A stretch of 64,000 nt of DNA from Dimorphilus gyrociliatus. Lineage: Eukaryota; Animalia; Annelida. The stretch's first letter is position 1, and every line of letters starts with the position of its first letter. The notes under the pieces are model-generated. The model was given only the letters and a program-made list of their open reading frames with translations, ran no database searches and was not told where the DNA came from. Positions 27,626-39,773 of the stretch are shown here, in pieces. The DNA is taken from the NCBI GenBank assembly GCA_904063045.1, contig CAJFCJ010000033.1:135573-199572 (forward strand), read 5' to 3'. The translations under genes were made by a program, and so were the position numbers.

Positions 27626-30600
27626 ATGGCGAATGAACTAAAGGTAAATCTATGCTTCTTATTAAATTGATTTAATATTATTATTTAATTAAGTGTCAGT
27701 TTTACAATTCTATATTCATTTTATTTGAAAATTATATTAATGATCTGAATCTTTCTGATTGGATTGCTTCCGTCACGCATCCCGCCCATCGTATCAATTT
27801 AATTCAAGTGATATTTTTCCCAATGACGATAAATTATTATAGGATATTGTCAATGAATAAATATGAAAATTTCTAGATGAAAAGCTAGTGTATGTCTTAT
27901 CTACTGATAAACTCATGTTAATGTGATGTACGAGAAATTGTAATAGTATAGAAAAAAAAAAATATGGATGAAGAGTTCCCTATTGAGAAGTATGAAAAAA
28001 TTTTACTGTACTAAAGAAGAAAACGTCGCCGAGACTAAAACGAGTTCAATTGAAGCATTACCAATATTAATAAATCCAATTTGAATAGAACCGTCTTTCT
28101 AAGAGTTAAATGACAAGATACATTTGAATTGTCTTCAACAGTTTATCAACATTGAAGATAAACAATAGAAATGTTTAACAACGGAATATTGGTAAGGAGA
28201 AGTGCGCCTGTTGTCTAATCTGTTTCATAGATTAGTATTATTCGATAGCAAAATAAAAATAATAAACTTGTACAAATGTATATTTTTGCATGTTTACAAA
28301 TAACATTCTTATTTCTTTTTTTTTATTAAAACGAAGACCTTCAATACTAAAATTTGACTTTATTTTTAGACAGTCGACATAATGTTTCTTATTGTATAGT
28401 ATAGAGAGTTTTATATTATTTTAATTTTATTAGGCCCGGGTTCTATACGATTTCCGACCAATTGGTGAAGGAGAGGTATCTTTAACAGTTGGAGAGGAGA
28501 TAACAATTGTTAAGGAGGTAGATTTATACTTTTATACTGTATATATATATATATATATATATAAATTTAATAGAGATTTAATGTAATAAAAAACAATACT
28601 TAACGATTTTTTAATGCAATTAGTCGGTTGGAGATGGCTGGTGTGATGTTCGAAAATCCAATGGTACTGTTGGTTTAGCGCCAAAGAGTTATATTGAAGT
28701 AAGTTATATACAATTATAATTCTATTTTAAGTGTAACAATAAAAGTAAATAACAATTGATATTTAATTGTAATAATCTTCAAACTCTTATTACTTCGATT
28801 TCTTTCGATATTCTCTTTAAGTTTATTGATTAGATAAAATATAAAAGCTTTTTAAGATTAAGAACTATTAGAAATTTAGCTTTAATTGTTTATCGAAATC
28901 TCTATATCACTTTATACTGTTTGAAGAAAACTGCATAATTTACTTTAATTTTGTTTAAACAGTTGCCATATCTATTAATTAGTAATTGTCATTTGTGTTT
29001 ATCTTCTATCAATCGGGAATTTAATTACATTTACCCAAAATTTTCTCTCTTTGACATTGATTTATTTACGCTATTTCTACTTTTTTTCTCTTATACAGAC
29101 TATAGAATATCCCGAGCCCAGGGTACCTCCACCCCCACTACCACCTCCTCAAAATAATTCATTTCAAAATCAATGGAGTGATGGTAAGGATATTTTAAGT
29201 GTGAACTCCTCATTAGTATACGAGTACGAACATTTACGTTCGAAAGCCTGATAAGGAAATGAGTGATTTTTTTTTTATTGCTATGATATCTTATCCTATG
29301 ATTATTCATAAATTCCTATAATTATTCAGCCAGTAAAACCACAGCTAATCACAGATGGGGTACACCTACATATCCACCACCTAGACCCCGTCCTGATACA
29401 ATTCAAACAAATCGCGTAGTACCCAACTATGGTAAAGAGATGCTGTTGTTATAAAAAAAAAAGAAACAAACGTATCTTCGTTGTAAAAAAAAAAAAGCTT
29501 TCTGATTAATTATCTCATCATAATTTCATTTTTATTTTAGCTTTGCTTTCCTTAATTTTTATCTGTATAGTTATCTAAATGATTTATTTTCTCCTTTTTT
29601 TTATAGTTTGTCTTGTCACATTTTAACTTGTGCTTTTAGTTTTTGTAAAAGCGTATCTATCTTCTCCTCTTAGTTTTTTCAAAAATTGAATATTGTTATA
29701 TGTTTTTTTTTTACTATTTCTCTTCAAGTTTTATTATTTTTCAACAATTAACAGATAGTTAACTCTTTCTTTCCTTATCACAAAAGGTCAACAACAGCAG
29801 GGATATCAGCCTCCAGCTCAACAGAACTCTCCTCCAAAACCAATATTAACACCAAACGACGATTGGGACGAAGATGAAGATTGGGATGACGATGATTCAG
29901 TATCAACTGATCATACACAGGTATTCTATTAATTTTATTTTATTACAAGATTATAAATTTAGCATAAACTATATGTAAAATTTTACAGCGAAATACTTTG
30001 CAGGTGAACAAGTTAATATTGTCTTTATGATTATTCAAAATTATATTTATACAGCTATCTATCATAATTCACATCTGCAGTATATACAATATATACTGTA
30101 TTTATCTAGTTCATTTGCTGTAGAGAAAATATTAAAATAAAGCTCAGATACTGTACATATTCCCTTATGTTAATTAAATGTATTAACACTTTAAAACTAA
30201 TAGGTTATTTATACCTTTGAACTTGATATTAATAAAAAATTAATATTCTAGTAAATGAACTGGAAATATCTACATGTTAATTTATTAAGCTTAAATATTC
30301 ATTTTGTTTTTTACGCGTTATATATTAAATTATACGCTATTTAAATGTTAATTGAATGGAATAGCGCGATTTAGTAAGGAGAGAAAAAGAAAAAAATTAC
30401 AATAAGATAATATTCACTACTATTTGACGATTATCTTCTTTCTCCTACCAATAAACTATTCCAATGCTTTGACTGCCTTTTTTCTTCTTTTGACCTTTAT
30501 GTTCTTGATTCGTACTTTCATCATTTTTCTTTTTTTTAAAAAGTCACAGGCGGACACTCAAAGTCAATATAGCGTATCAGGGGTATCAAGAGATTCGAAG

Positions 30601-33600
30601 TATGGCACAATTAGTAAAAAAATGAATAAGTAAGTAAACCATTTAAAAAACGAATTAATCATTTTATAAATAAATTTATAAATTCTCCCTCCTCTCCCTC
30701 GATTAAAACTCTTTCATTTCCTTTTCTCACTTATTCTTTTGTTTATCATTTTCTTTCTTTCTTGTTTTATTTTCTCTTTAATATGTTTGCTTTATAAAAA
30801 ATTGTTTCTCTTTAATTACAATATAGAGCGAACTTGAAAGGTGGCGACGCCTATTTGTTTGGTGCTGTTCCTGATACATCGCATGAAATCAATCATAGAA
30901 TAGTGGTATGTTTGAAGTAATACATACGTATATGTATATGTATATATAATATCTATATATGGAGTATTTATTGCACAAATTTTGCCTTATAATTAAATAT
31001 TTTATCAATACTATAGCATTCAATAGAAGGCCCTATGTGGGAAGAACCTGCAAATCAATATACGTGTATTATATCATCACCAACAAAAGAGAGTAAAATG
31101 AAGGGGCTAAAACATTTTATCGCCTATAAATTAACACCATCTGCAAATGTACGTATTATCTTTATAAATTAATTGAAATAATTGAATGGTTTTTTTTTTC
31201 TTTTTTCTTTTAACTATAACAAAAAAATATTTTTTTCTCTTTTTTTTTCTATTTTCTCTATTTTGTTTTTCTTTTTTTTTTTATTTTCAAATATCCAAAA
31301 ACAATAACAAAAACAAATTTATAGACAGGAGAGGTAAATATTCATTAAACTTTTTTTTTTTTGGAAAATTCTAACTTAAAAAAGCAAAAAAACACAAAAC
31401 ACGAAAGAAAATTAATGAATAAACGAAGAATATAAGAAACATTTCTTTCCTTTCGAATTATTTTGATCTTTATCTATTTATCCATCTATTATTATTGTTA
31501 TAATTTACTATTTTAAATTAATCAACACTCTATTAGCTTACAATTTCATTGATTTAATTAAATCGACAACAATAAGAAATTATATCCTACGCTTTTATTA
31601 ATTACTCTTCTGATAATTGTTGCTCTGTTTTTTTTTTGTTTTTTCTTTAATTACTCTCTTCTCACTCTTGTTCACTTTTTATGATTTAGAATTGGATGAT
31701 AAAAGTTTAATTTTCTTTCTTTCATAATGTTTTTAGTTTAGTGGAATTCAAGTTTCAAGACGTTTTAAACAGTTCGATTGGCTACATCAACGCCTAATCG
31801 AAAAGTTTCCAACTTGTCTTGTTCCTCCATTACCCGATAAACAGATATCAGGTATATTTCAAATGATTATATTATATAATGTACAATTTAACAAAGATTT
31901 AAGTGCATCGACCATCAATACAATTACACTCCGTTAGAGTGCGCCCTAATGCATAATTTTCTTTTTTTAAGGACGTTATGAAGATGATTTTATCAATGAA
32001 CGAATGCGTCAATTACAATTATGGGTGAATAGGTTGTGTTTACATCCAGTCATATCGCAATGCAAAGTTTGGCATCATTTCTTAAAATGTACGGATCTAA
32101 AAGTATGGAAGACGGGAAAGAGATCAGCTGAAAAAGACGACTTTCAAAATGTAAATTTCTTTCATACTGTGGGTGTACCTTCTCAGCCTCTCACGGTAGA
32201 ACAAGTGTATGTTTTTCATTATTTAACATCCTTAAATATAGCCCTTAATGCCCTACAATTTTTAACTTTTTGGCAGAGATCCAACATTAAATAACTTCAC
32301 TATGTTTGTTAAGACAATGGATGATAGCCTAAAACATCTGATAAACGTTGGTGAAAGTAGTATGAAAAGATATCAAAATTGTAAGGGTCTTTTTATAATA
32401 TGGTACTTTAAGCTTTTCTATTATTTATTTGTTTTAATTAATTAGCGTTTAGAAAGGACTTTGTAAAAATTGGCGAATCTTTGGTAGCTCTATCAAGATC
32501 GTTCGATCACGATATGAGACCAGGTAAGTTTTATTGTTTTGTTTCCTTTTTTGTACGAAATTAATTTCTCTTTTATTTAATTTTCTATTTAAAAAAAAAA
32601 TATAAAAGCGTCGAGAGAATTGTCCAACGCAATAGATAAGACAGGAAAAACATACGAAGACATTGGAGGTCTTTTCGGCGAGCAGGTTTTTGCTTCTTTC
32701 TCTCTCTCTCTCTCTCTCTCTCATGGTTTCTGTTAATTTAATTAAATTCATTTTCGTTGTGTTTTAGCCGAGAAATGATATGGTGCCACTTTTAGAAGGT
32801 TTATTAGAATACAAAGGAATGTTATCCGTTTTCCCCGATATATTGCGAGTAGAGGAGGTATTAAAATATCTTTTTCTTTTTTTTCAGTATATTTAACCAA
32901 TACTTCAAACAGCGGGTGCAATGGAGGAAATTTTTTTAAACATTAAACAAATCTAAGGACACTCTATCGGTACCCTTGTATCCGCTGACTAGTAGAAAAG
33001 CACATAAAATATATACGTATACATACTTATATATACTGTATATAAAATTTATATACAGTATAATGTATATATACAATATTTAAATTAATATGTATATATT
33101 TAAATAATTTAACATAATGTTTTATCATTTTCTTTTTATTTTTATCCAATAGGGATATAGAGTTTTATATGTTAGCTTTTAATTTTTAAAATTTCTCTTT
33201 TTAAGTGGTAATTTAGACGCAATAATTCACCGGAAGTAGAAAAAAAAATAAAAAAACAAACAAATATCAACATATGTTCTAGTAGTTATTTTTATTATTA
33301 TCATTATTAATTCATGTCCAAAAATTTATTAATACTGCAATATGCATTCTATTATTTATTATAGTAATGACGTTGCTCTATTTCCTGTTTATTTTCTATT
33401 TCTTTTTAACTCTTTTATCATTAGTTTGAAACTTTATTAAAGTTTTGTTTTTTTTTAATTATAAATAGTAATTTATCAAAAAGATTAGAAACGATAGCAA
33501 CAACAGTAACAATGAAATAGAGGTCTTGTTGAGAAAAAAAAGTAACAAACATATTTATAAATAGGGATAAGGTTTTAATGATCGTCTGTATTATCTCTAG

Positions 33601-35291
33601 CATGCAAGGGTGACGTTGGCGTGCACGTTTACCTCGCCAAATCAGCCTTTTTGGCTTCTACAGTTTGAACTATCTCCGTGTAACTCACCAGCTTCTTCCC
33701 CGCCACTCTCTCCTCGTCCTTCTTTCGCCCAGACCCCTTATAATGTATAATAGACGTTGTTATATACATTTATACAGTATATATATACATATTTATGTGT
33801 ACCGGAAGAGTGTCCAATGTAAACGGATAGTGATACTTAGAAAAAGTAGTCTGCACTCGCTGTTTGTTTATTATTTATTACTCATGTGCATCTGGCTATT
33901 GGTATGTTTGCGTGGGTCCTTGTCGAATAATATCTAGTTTATAAATTGTAAACAAAGGTAGATGAGATAATTTATATGAAATATGCCCAAGACTTAACAC
34001 AGCTGCCAACCTACCTCAGGGAACAAAACCATTAGCCGGTAAAAATGAAACATCTAGTTAAATATTCTATAGAGATCTTATATAACAGTTAGCTTAATTA
34101 TATTATAATAGAACAAATTGGCCATAGATGTTTTCTATTAATTTTTCTCATTCTCCATAAATAGGAACAATAGGTTAATTTTTTTTTTATTTCTAAAGAA
34201 ACAATTTTTTATTCGGCTGTCTGTCTTACTTAAAAAATTAATTAGACAACTAATCAGGTAGAAAATGAGAGCAAACGCTAAACAAAGAGGAACTCAAGTA
34301 AAAAGTTGTTTTTGAGCATCTTTCAATAACTACTACTCGTTAGAATTTTTTTGCTGTCTAGATCTTTTTTTAAACTGTTTTTTATTCCCAATGGGACGTC
34401 CTACAATTTTGGATGTAAGCAGGGAGGGGGGCTGCGGTGGTGGTGTGAGGAGAGGGTTTTGCAGTTTTTGCTGACTTTGTAGAATTAGAAAAAAAAAGTT
34501 TAGACGTTTCCGTAAATCCTAGAAGTCTAGTTTATGTGTACTAAGTTAGCCTAGGCGAATATGCTTGTATTTATGGAAAGGCATTAATAACAGTCTATTA
34601 TTTATAACACTAACGGAATGAGAGTGCATAGCTATTTTAGAATGTTGCAGTATGTCGGCTGTTTGATTCATTGAGAGTGTTAGTGCGTAATGTTGTTCTT
34701 GTTACTCCATTACAAAACAGACATCATTTTTCACTTCCGAGTTGACGGTCTTATCCTCGGGCAAAGATTAATCATGAAATTGTGCACAAAACGCATGATT
34801 CGTTTGTAAGGTGTTACTCTTGACTCTTGTTGACATACACAATATATTGCATCTGATAAAGTAGTCATATTCACATACAGTATATAAAATGTATACACCT
34901 TTTGTATTAATCGATATATTTATCAATATGTGTATGTATTTGAACAAAAAAAAAAGAAAAACCCCATGTCGTTTTATTTTTTAAATCGGCCTTTCAGAAT
35001 TTTTTCGTTAAACAAAATTATGAAAATTAATAATATTATTTCTTATTCTTTCTTTTTCAGAATTTAAGACAAAAGTTAGAAACTGTTAAAGCAAAAGAAA
35101 TCGAATTAGAATCGGCAAGGACAAGAGCGGATGTGATTACCTATGCCACCTTAGCCGAGCTAAATCACTTCCATAGACATCGCGTTGCCGATTTTCGGAT
35201 TTTAATGCACGGTTTTATCAAGGAGCAGATAAGATTTTACGAAGAAATTGTCTGCAGACTGAAAGATCAACTGCCAAACTACGAAACATAA
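27626..35291 (+). CDS. SH3PX1: SH3-PX-BAR sorting nexin (SNX9/18/33 family)
   Basis: SH3 (ARVLYDF..GDGWC..GLAPKSYIE), Pro-rich and acidic-Trp linker (DDWDEDEDWDDDD), PX (VSRRFKQFDWLHQRL..VPPLPDKQISGRYEDDFI), BAR (YKGMLSVFPDI..YATLAELNHFH). Last exon 35061-35291. Confidence 0.94.
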
Positions 35292-36253
35292 TAAATATGG
35301 AATGAAAGAAAGCGGAAGAGGAAAACAATAAGAATATCTTTACGTTTTAAACTAATCTTGGGGTTTTTCATCTAATTATATTTTTAAAAATTAAAATCGT
35401 CCTTTGAAAAGGTTGTTATAATAGAGGGGCGATGAATATTTATTTTATCCACAAGTAGAAAGGGAGGGGGCGGAGGGGGAGGGAGAGGACAATTCGTCAC
35501 CTCTTCCTTTCTCTTCAACACTGAAAAACATTTCTTTAAATAATACATTCTCTCTAAACTATTTAAAACATAGAAAAGTATATAATATGGTAAATTGTGA
35601 TTATTAACTTTTAAAATTTTAATTTTTTTTTTAAAAAAAAATATTTTAAAAGAAAATCATTATCCTCTTTTTGGGTCAAATTACATTAATACTAAATTAT
35701 TATCATATTTAATGTGACAGCTGCAAACATACGTCAAAAAAAAAAAGAGAGAAAAAAACAGCAATATTTATAAAGTGAAAATTATTATAGAATTATAATT
35801 TTATATTCATATATTTGTTTTTAAACATTATTTATTTTCCAAAACAAACAAACAAATAAACATAAACAACTTTAAAAAGGTGTTGTGTAATTTTGTTTTA
35901 AAAAAATGTCGTATAATATAGTCATTTCAACTGGTAAACGCAAGATATAATCATCTGGACGATAATAGGCTTAGTCTGTGAATTAAATGTCTATACTTAT
36001 TACCTTTCTATTGTTTTTTTTTCTCTCCTTTATGTAAAACTTATCTTATAAAGTATAAATTGTAAGAATTCATCGCCCTAATATATATTTTTCGATCGTA
36101 TAAGCGTGTATGAGTGCAAATACACTGATTTATGTTATAAAAATGGTCAAAAATTCTCTTTTTTCTGAAACTATTTAAAAGGTATTGATTTAAAATGTTA
36201 TATTTATATTTATATTTAATATACAGCTTTATTTCATATATATATATAATAAG

Positions 36254-36480
36254 CGGAAGCCAATATATACTTTTTTATGAATGTGTGACGTTAAAAATTG
36301 ATGACGTCATAGAATAAAAAAGTCATTTTTTTACCATTTAAATAGGACTAATTAATTAGATTTTAACGGTTTGAAAAAATTTTGGCAAGCTTTCAGTATA
36401 GAATCTATATAAAAATTTGACCGGTTTACTACTCAACGAAAAGTATATAAGGCGGCGGCCAATGCGGCAGTAATCAGTTC
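36254..36480 (+). promoter_or_regulatory. Core promoter of the sulfotransferase: ETS + CRE + TATA + Inr
   Basis: CGGAAG 36254, palindromic ATGACGTCAT 36301-36310, TATATAA 36444-36450. Inr TCAGTT 36474-36479 has its A 32 nt from the TATA start. ATG at 36502. Confidence 0.75.
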
Positions 36481-36501
36481 AGCCTCAGACCGAGAGAAGC
36501 C

Positions 36502-37805
36502 ATGTCTAATTCGGGAGTTCTCTTGATCGGGCTTGCGTCGTTCCTGAACCGAGTGCTGGAAAGTTTTGGTATGAGCCTTCAAAGAATTTCGAAAAAAGCA
36601 ATTGTCGATGGAAATTCTGGTCGTCTGGAAGAATGGGACGAAGGTTTCGACGTACTATTGAAATGTTTCCGGCGTATGAAAAAGCAACTGGGTTTCTTAG
36701 GTAGCGTATCAATAATTAAGCGTCTCCAGAAATTACTGGACTCAAAAGTGGAAATTTCGAAATACGTGAAAGAAAACCCATTGGCTATGAGGGTAAGTGT
36801 TCTTTTTCTTTACTACACGTGGCTTAACACGTCTAACTCTACACCTGTTTTTGAGTAGTTGTAATTAAACATTCATTGTCTTTTTTCAAGTTCAAGATTG
36901 TAAGGCCAATTTTTATAATAGGCCTACCAAGAAGTGGGACGACTCTACTCCATAGGCTTTTGTCGCAGGACGATAGGCTAAAGGCTCCACTCCAATGGGA
37001 AGTATTGTATCCGACTCGAAAAGATAGCCGGGACACGATAGATATGGTTCAAGATATCCTAAAGTATATAGAGAGGTCGTCGCCGGACTTTAGGAAGAAA
37101 CACGACCAAGGACCGTACATGGCTGAGGAGTGTGAGGTACTATTAAATAGATGCGGTATATTCGGTGACTTTCCGGCACAGTTCGACGACACTCGGGAGT
37201 ATGCCTCTTGGTTCTGCAAACAGAACTTGGACCAGATGAAAGAGAGATATGAATATTACAAACTACAATTGCAAGTAATGAGCTATAAGCAAAAGTTAAA
37301 TCCTTGGGCGTTTATATTAAAATCGCGCATTCATCTCTTTCATCTGGCCTCGGTTAAAGCGGTATTTCCTGAGGCAATGTTCGTTTGGACTCACCGAAAT
37401 TTAGACGAGATAGTACCTTCATTCTGTTCACTAGAACTTTCGGCTTCACGAGTGATGGGGGTAAACAAGCTTTCGAAGAATGAACTGGGTCGAAATAGCT
37501 ACCAACATCTAGTCAACGCAGCCAACACGGCAGCCGACACAAGGGCGAATACAGAGCTGCACTGCGTCGATATAGACTACGAATCGTTGATTGAAGATCC
37601 AATCAAGTACATAAAGTTGATCTACAACGAATTGGACTTGGACTACAGCGACGACGATTTTGCGAAACATCAGAAGTTCTTGGATGAAAATTCGCAGCAT
37701 AAGTTTGGTAAGCATGAATATTCTTTAGAAGAATGGGGATTGGATGAAGAGAGCATCGAAAATGCTTTCGACGGCTATTTGCGAATGCAGAGGAATTACC
37801 TCTGA
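36502..37805 (+). CDS. PAPS-dependent sulfotransferase, Sulfotransfer_3 / bacterial Stf-like type, 2 exons
   Basis: Exon 1 36502-36792, intron 36793-36890 (gtaagt..tttcaag, phase 0; a second acceptor lies 6 nt downstream), exon 2 to stop at 37805. 5'-PSB loop IFIIGLPRSGTTLLHRLL, 3'-PB motif WTHRNLDEIVPSFCSL, AEEC and FGKHEYSLEEWGL motifs typical of this subfamily. Confidence 0.9.
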
Positions 37806-39773
37806 CGGAGAGCACGTGCAAAAATTAGTAATTTTGTTTGTTTGTTTTTCTACTATTACGACTAGTCGTTCGATCCGAGCCATTGCTAAAGAGATTATTT
37901 TTAACTATATCTAGAAAATTTAAAACCAAAAAAATCACTAAATCTCCCAATTAGCACAGTGAAAGAAGTCTATAATTAGACTTGTAACAAAAAAATTTAA
38001 ATTAGTTTTTAAAAGTTAAAACTTAGAACAGAAAAAAAAACAGAAAAAAAATTAATAATTTTCGTTTCTCACCTAACTAATTTTTGTAATGATAAAATGT
38101 GATCGTTTCTGTTGCATCGAACCGAATATTTTTTTTAATTATTCTTTGAATATTCGACGAAATGTTGGAATTAAATTATATAGCAAAAAAAAACCAAAAA
38201 AAATAGCTTTATAATGACTAGGAAAAAAAAATCATAAACTTTTGTAAGAAACTTAGATTCATACCTTTTTAAAAATTTGAACAATTTCTATGGTCGTCTA
38301 CTAGCAAAAGGTAATCTTGTTCTTTGCCTTTACTTTTTGCCGGTTAGTAAATCGACTGTAATTTAAGATAAATCTCGTGCGTTTAAAAGAGTTATTTATT
38401 TTTTGTTTCAAATGGAAAGTTATCTTAGTACTAATACTTAGTGTCGGGAACTATAATTTTCTTGTTGGTCCTCTATACCAATTTAGTTGCAAAAAAAAGA
38501 GCTCTTAATTTTTTGTTGTTACTCTTTTTTCATTCATCGTCTGCTTATTTTTTGATGATGACTGACTACAACGTCAAATATGTTACTTTAAATATTTTTA
38601 AAATTTAGAACGTTTCCAAAAAGACATAATTATATTATTGAACGTATATTTAATTATGTCTCTGATCAGATCATCCAGTTGTGATATGTTCTTTTCCGAT
38701 AAACGATTAGTTTGCCCAAACAATATTAACTCATGCAAGATGTAAGTTAAATATGCTGTATCGAAAAATATCGAAATGAAATGAATTTATATGTATTTTG
38801 ATTATTGATTTTTGAATGTACTGAATTGTATTTGTTTAAATGTATTTTTCTGCGCCGCTTGGAAGCTTAGATCGAACCGACCAATCTGGGTTTTTGGTCA
38901 TTTATTCCGAGTCGACTTGCTCTCGAACGATTGATGTGTATCTCGTTCCGTTTTTCGATATTTTGCTTGACTGCTATATCAGGAGCTAACTGACTTGAAG
39001 ACGCTGAATGCGTATTTTGCGGGAAGGATTTTAAGATTATTGATCTATAATCTAATCTTTCTCCCACTTGTCGATCTACCCCCGTTTTTAAGCGGCCCCT
39101 CTGAAATTTTTTTTTTTTGCTATTCGATTTTTTTTGTAATGTTTAAATGATTGACTTGATTTCTATTATTTTTTTTCGAATGTATTGCATTTTAAAAACG
39201 CTCTGCGTTTAATCCCAAAATAATGTTTTTGCTTAATTTCCAGTGCAGGTTGTTATATTGAGGTGTGTTGCAGTGCCTCAATATGCATTGGACTTATTAA
39301 ATCTTGGTAAAAGTTTGCATGTACTTGTTTAATTATCAAATGTTACGTACGACACTTCCGATAAAACTTTGATAAGTTTTATTATAATGTACTAATTTTT
39401 TATTATGTTCAATCTCTAATATTGACTTAAATTGATGTTTATTTTTCAAGAATTATATGTAAAACGTTTATTTCTAAGCTATAGGTCGTGTTTAGCCGTA
39501 GATATAAGAAAAATACCCAAAAAAAGAATTATTAAACAACCTACTTGCTCCGTTTTTAAGAAAAATAGATGTAATTTGACTGTGTTTTTGTTTTCTCTCG
39601 AATAAAAACTTTGAAAAATGTCGATTACCAAAAAAGCAAATGACTCTTTTATTTTTTATTCTTTAATACTCATTTTTTACTTTTAATATTAATTGGCGAG
39701 AAACTACTCAAAATCTTACAGACAAGTCTTTTCCACCTTAACCCTCGAGTTAGTCATTTATCGTTGAAGGAGG

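Noticed and set aside
33600-33740. Minus-strand reading GSGRKKDEER..VQTVEAKKADLAR resembling the SNX BAR helix (inverted exon duplicate)
   Set aside because: The similarity spans only ~10 residues and hits a stop. The plus-strand exon model has better splice signals and matching phase.
1538-37805. Phosphonate/secondary-metabolite gene cluster (SLC37A4 + ppd + sulfotransferase)
   Set aside because: No pepM, transaminase or cytidylyltransferase nearby. The genes are separated by unrelated loci, and SLC37A4 looks like the ordinary ER G6P translocase.
37868-37876. GTTCGATCC, tRNA T-loop/B-box-like
   Set aside because: Only 3 bp of T-stem; no acceptor stem, D-arm or anticodon arm.
38555-38665. 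ATGATGA ... CTGA, box C/D snoRNA-like
   Set aside because: No convincing terminal stem, AT-rich interior without recognisable rRNA complementarity, and no evident host intron.
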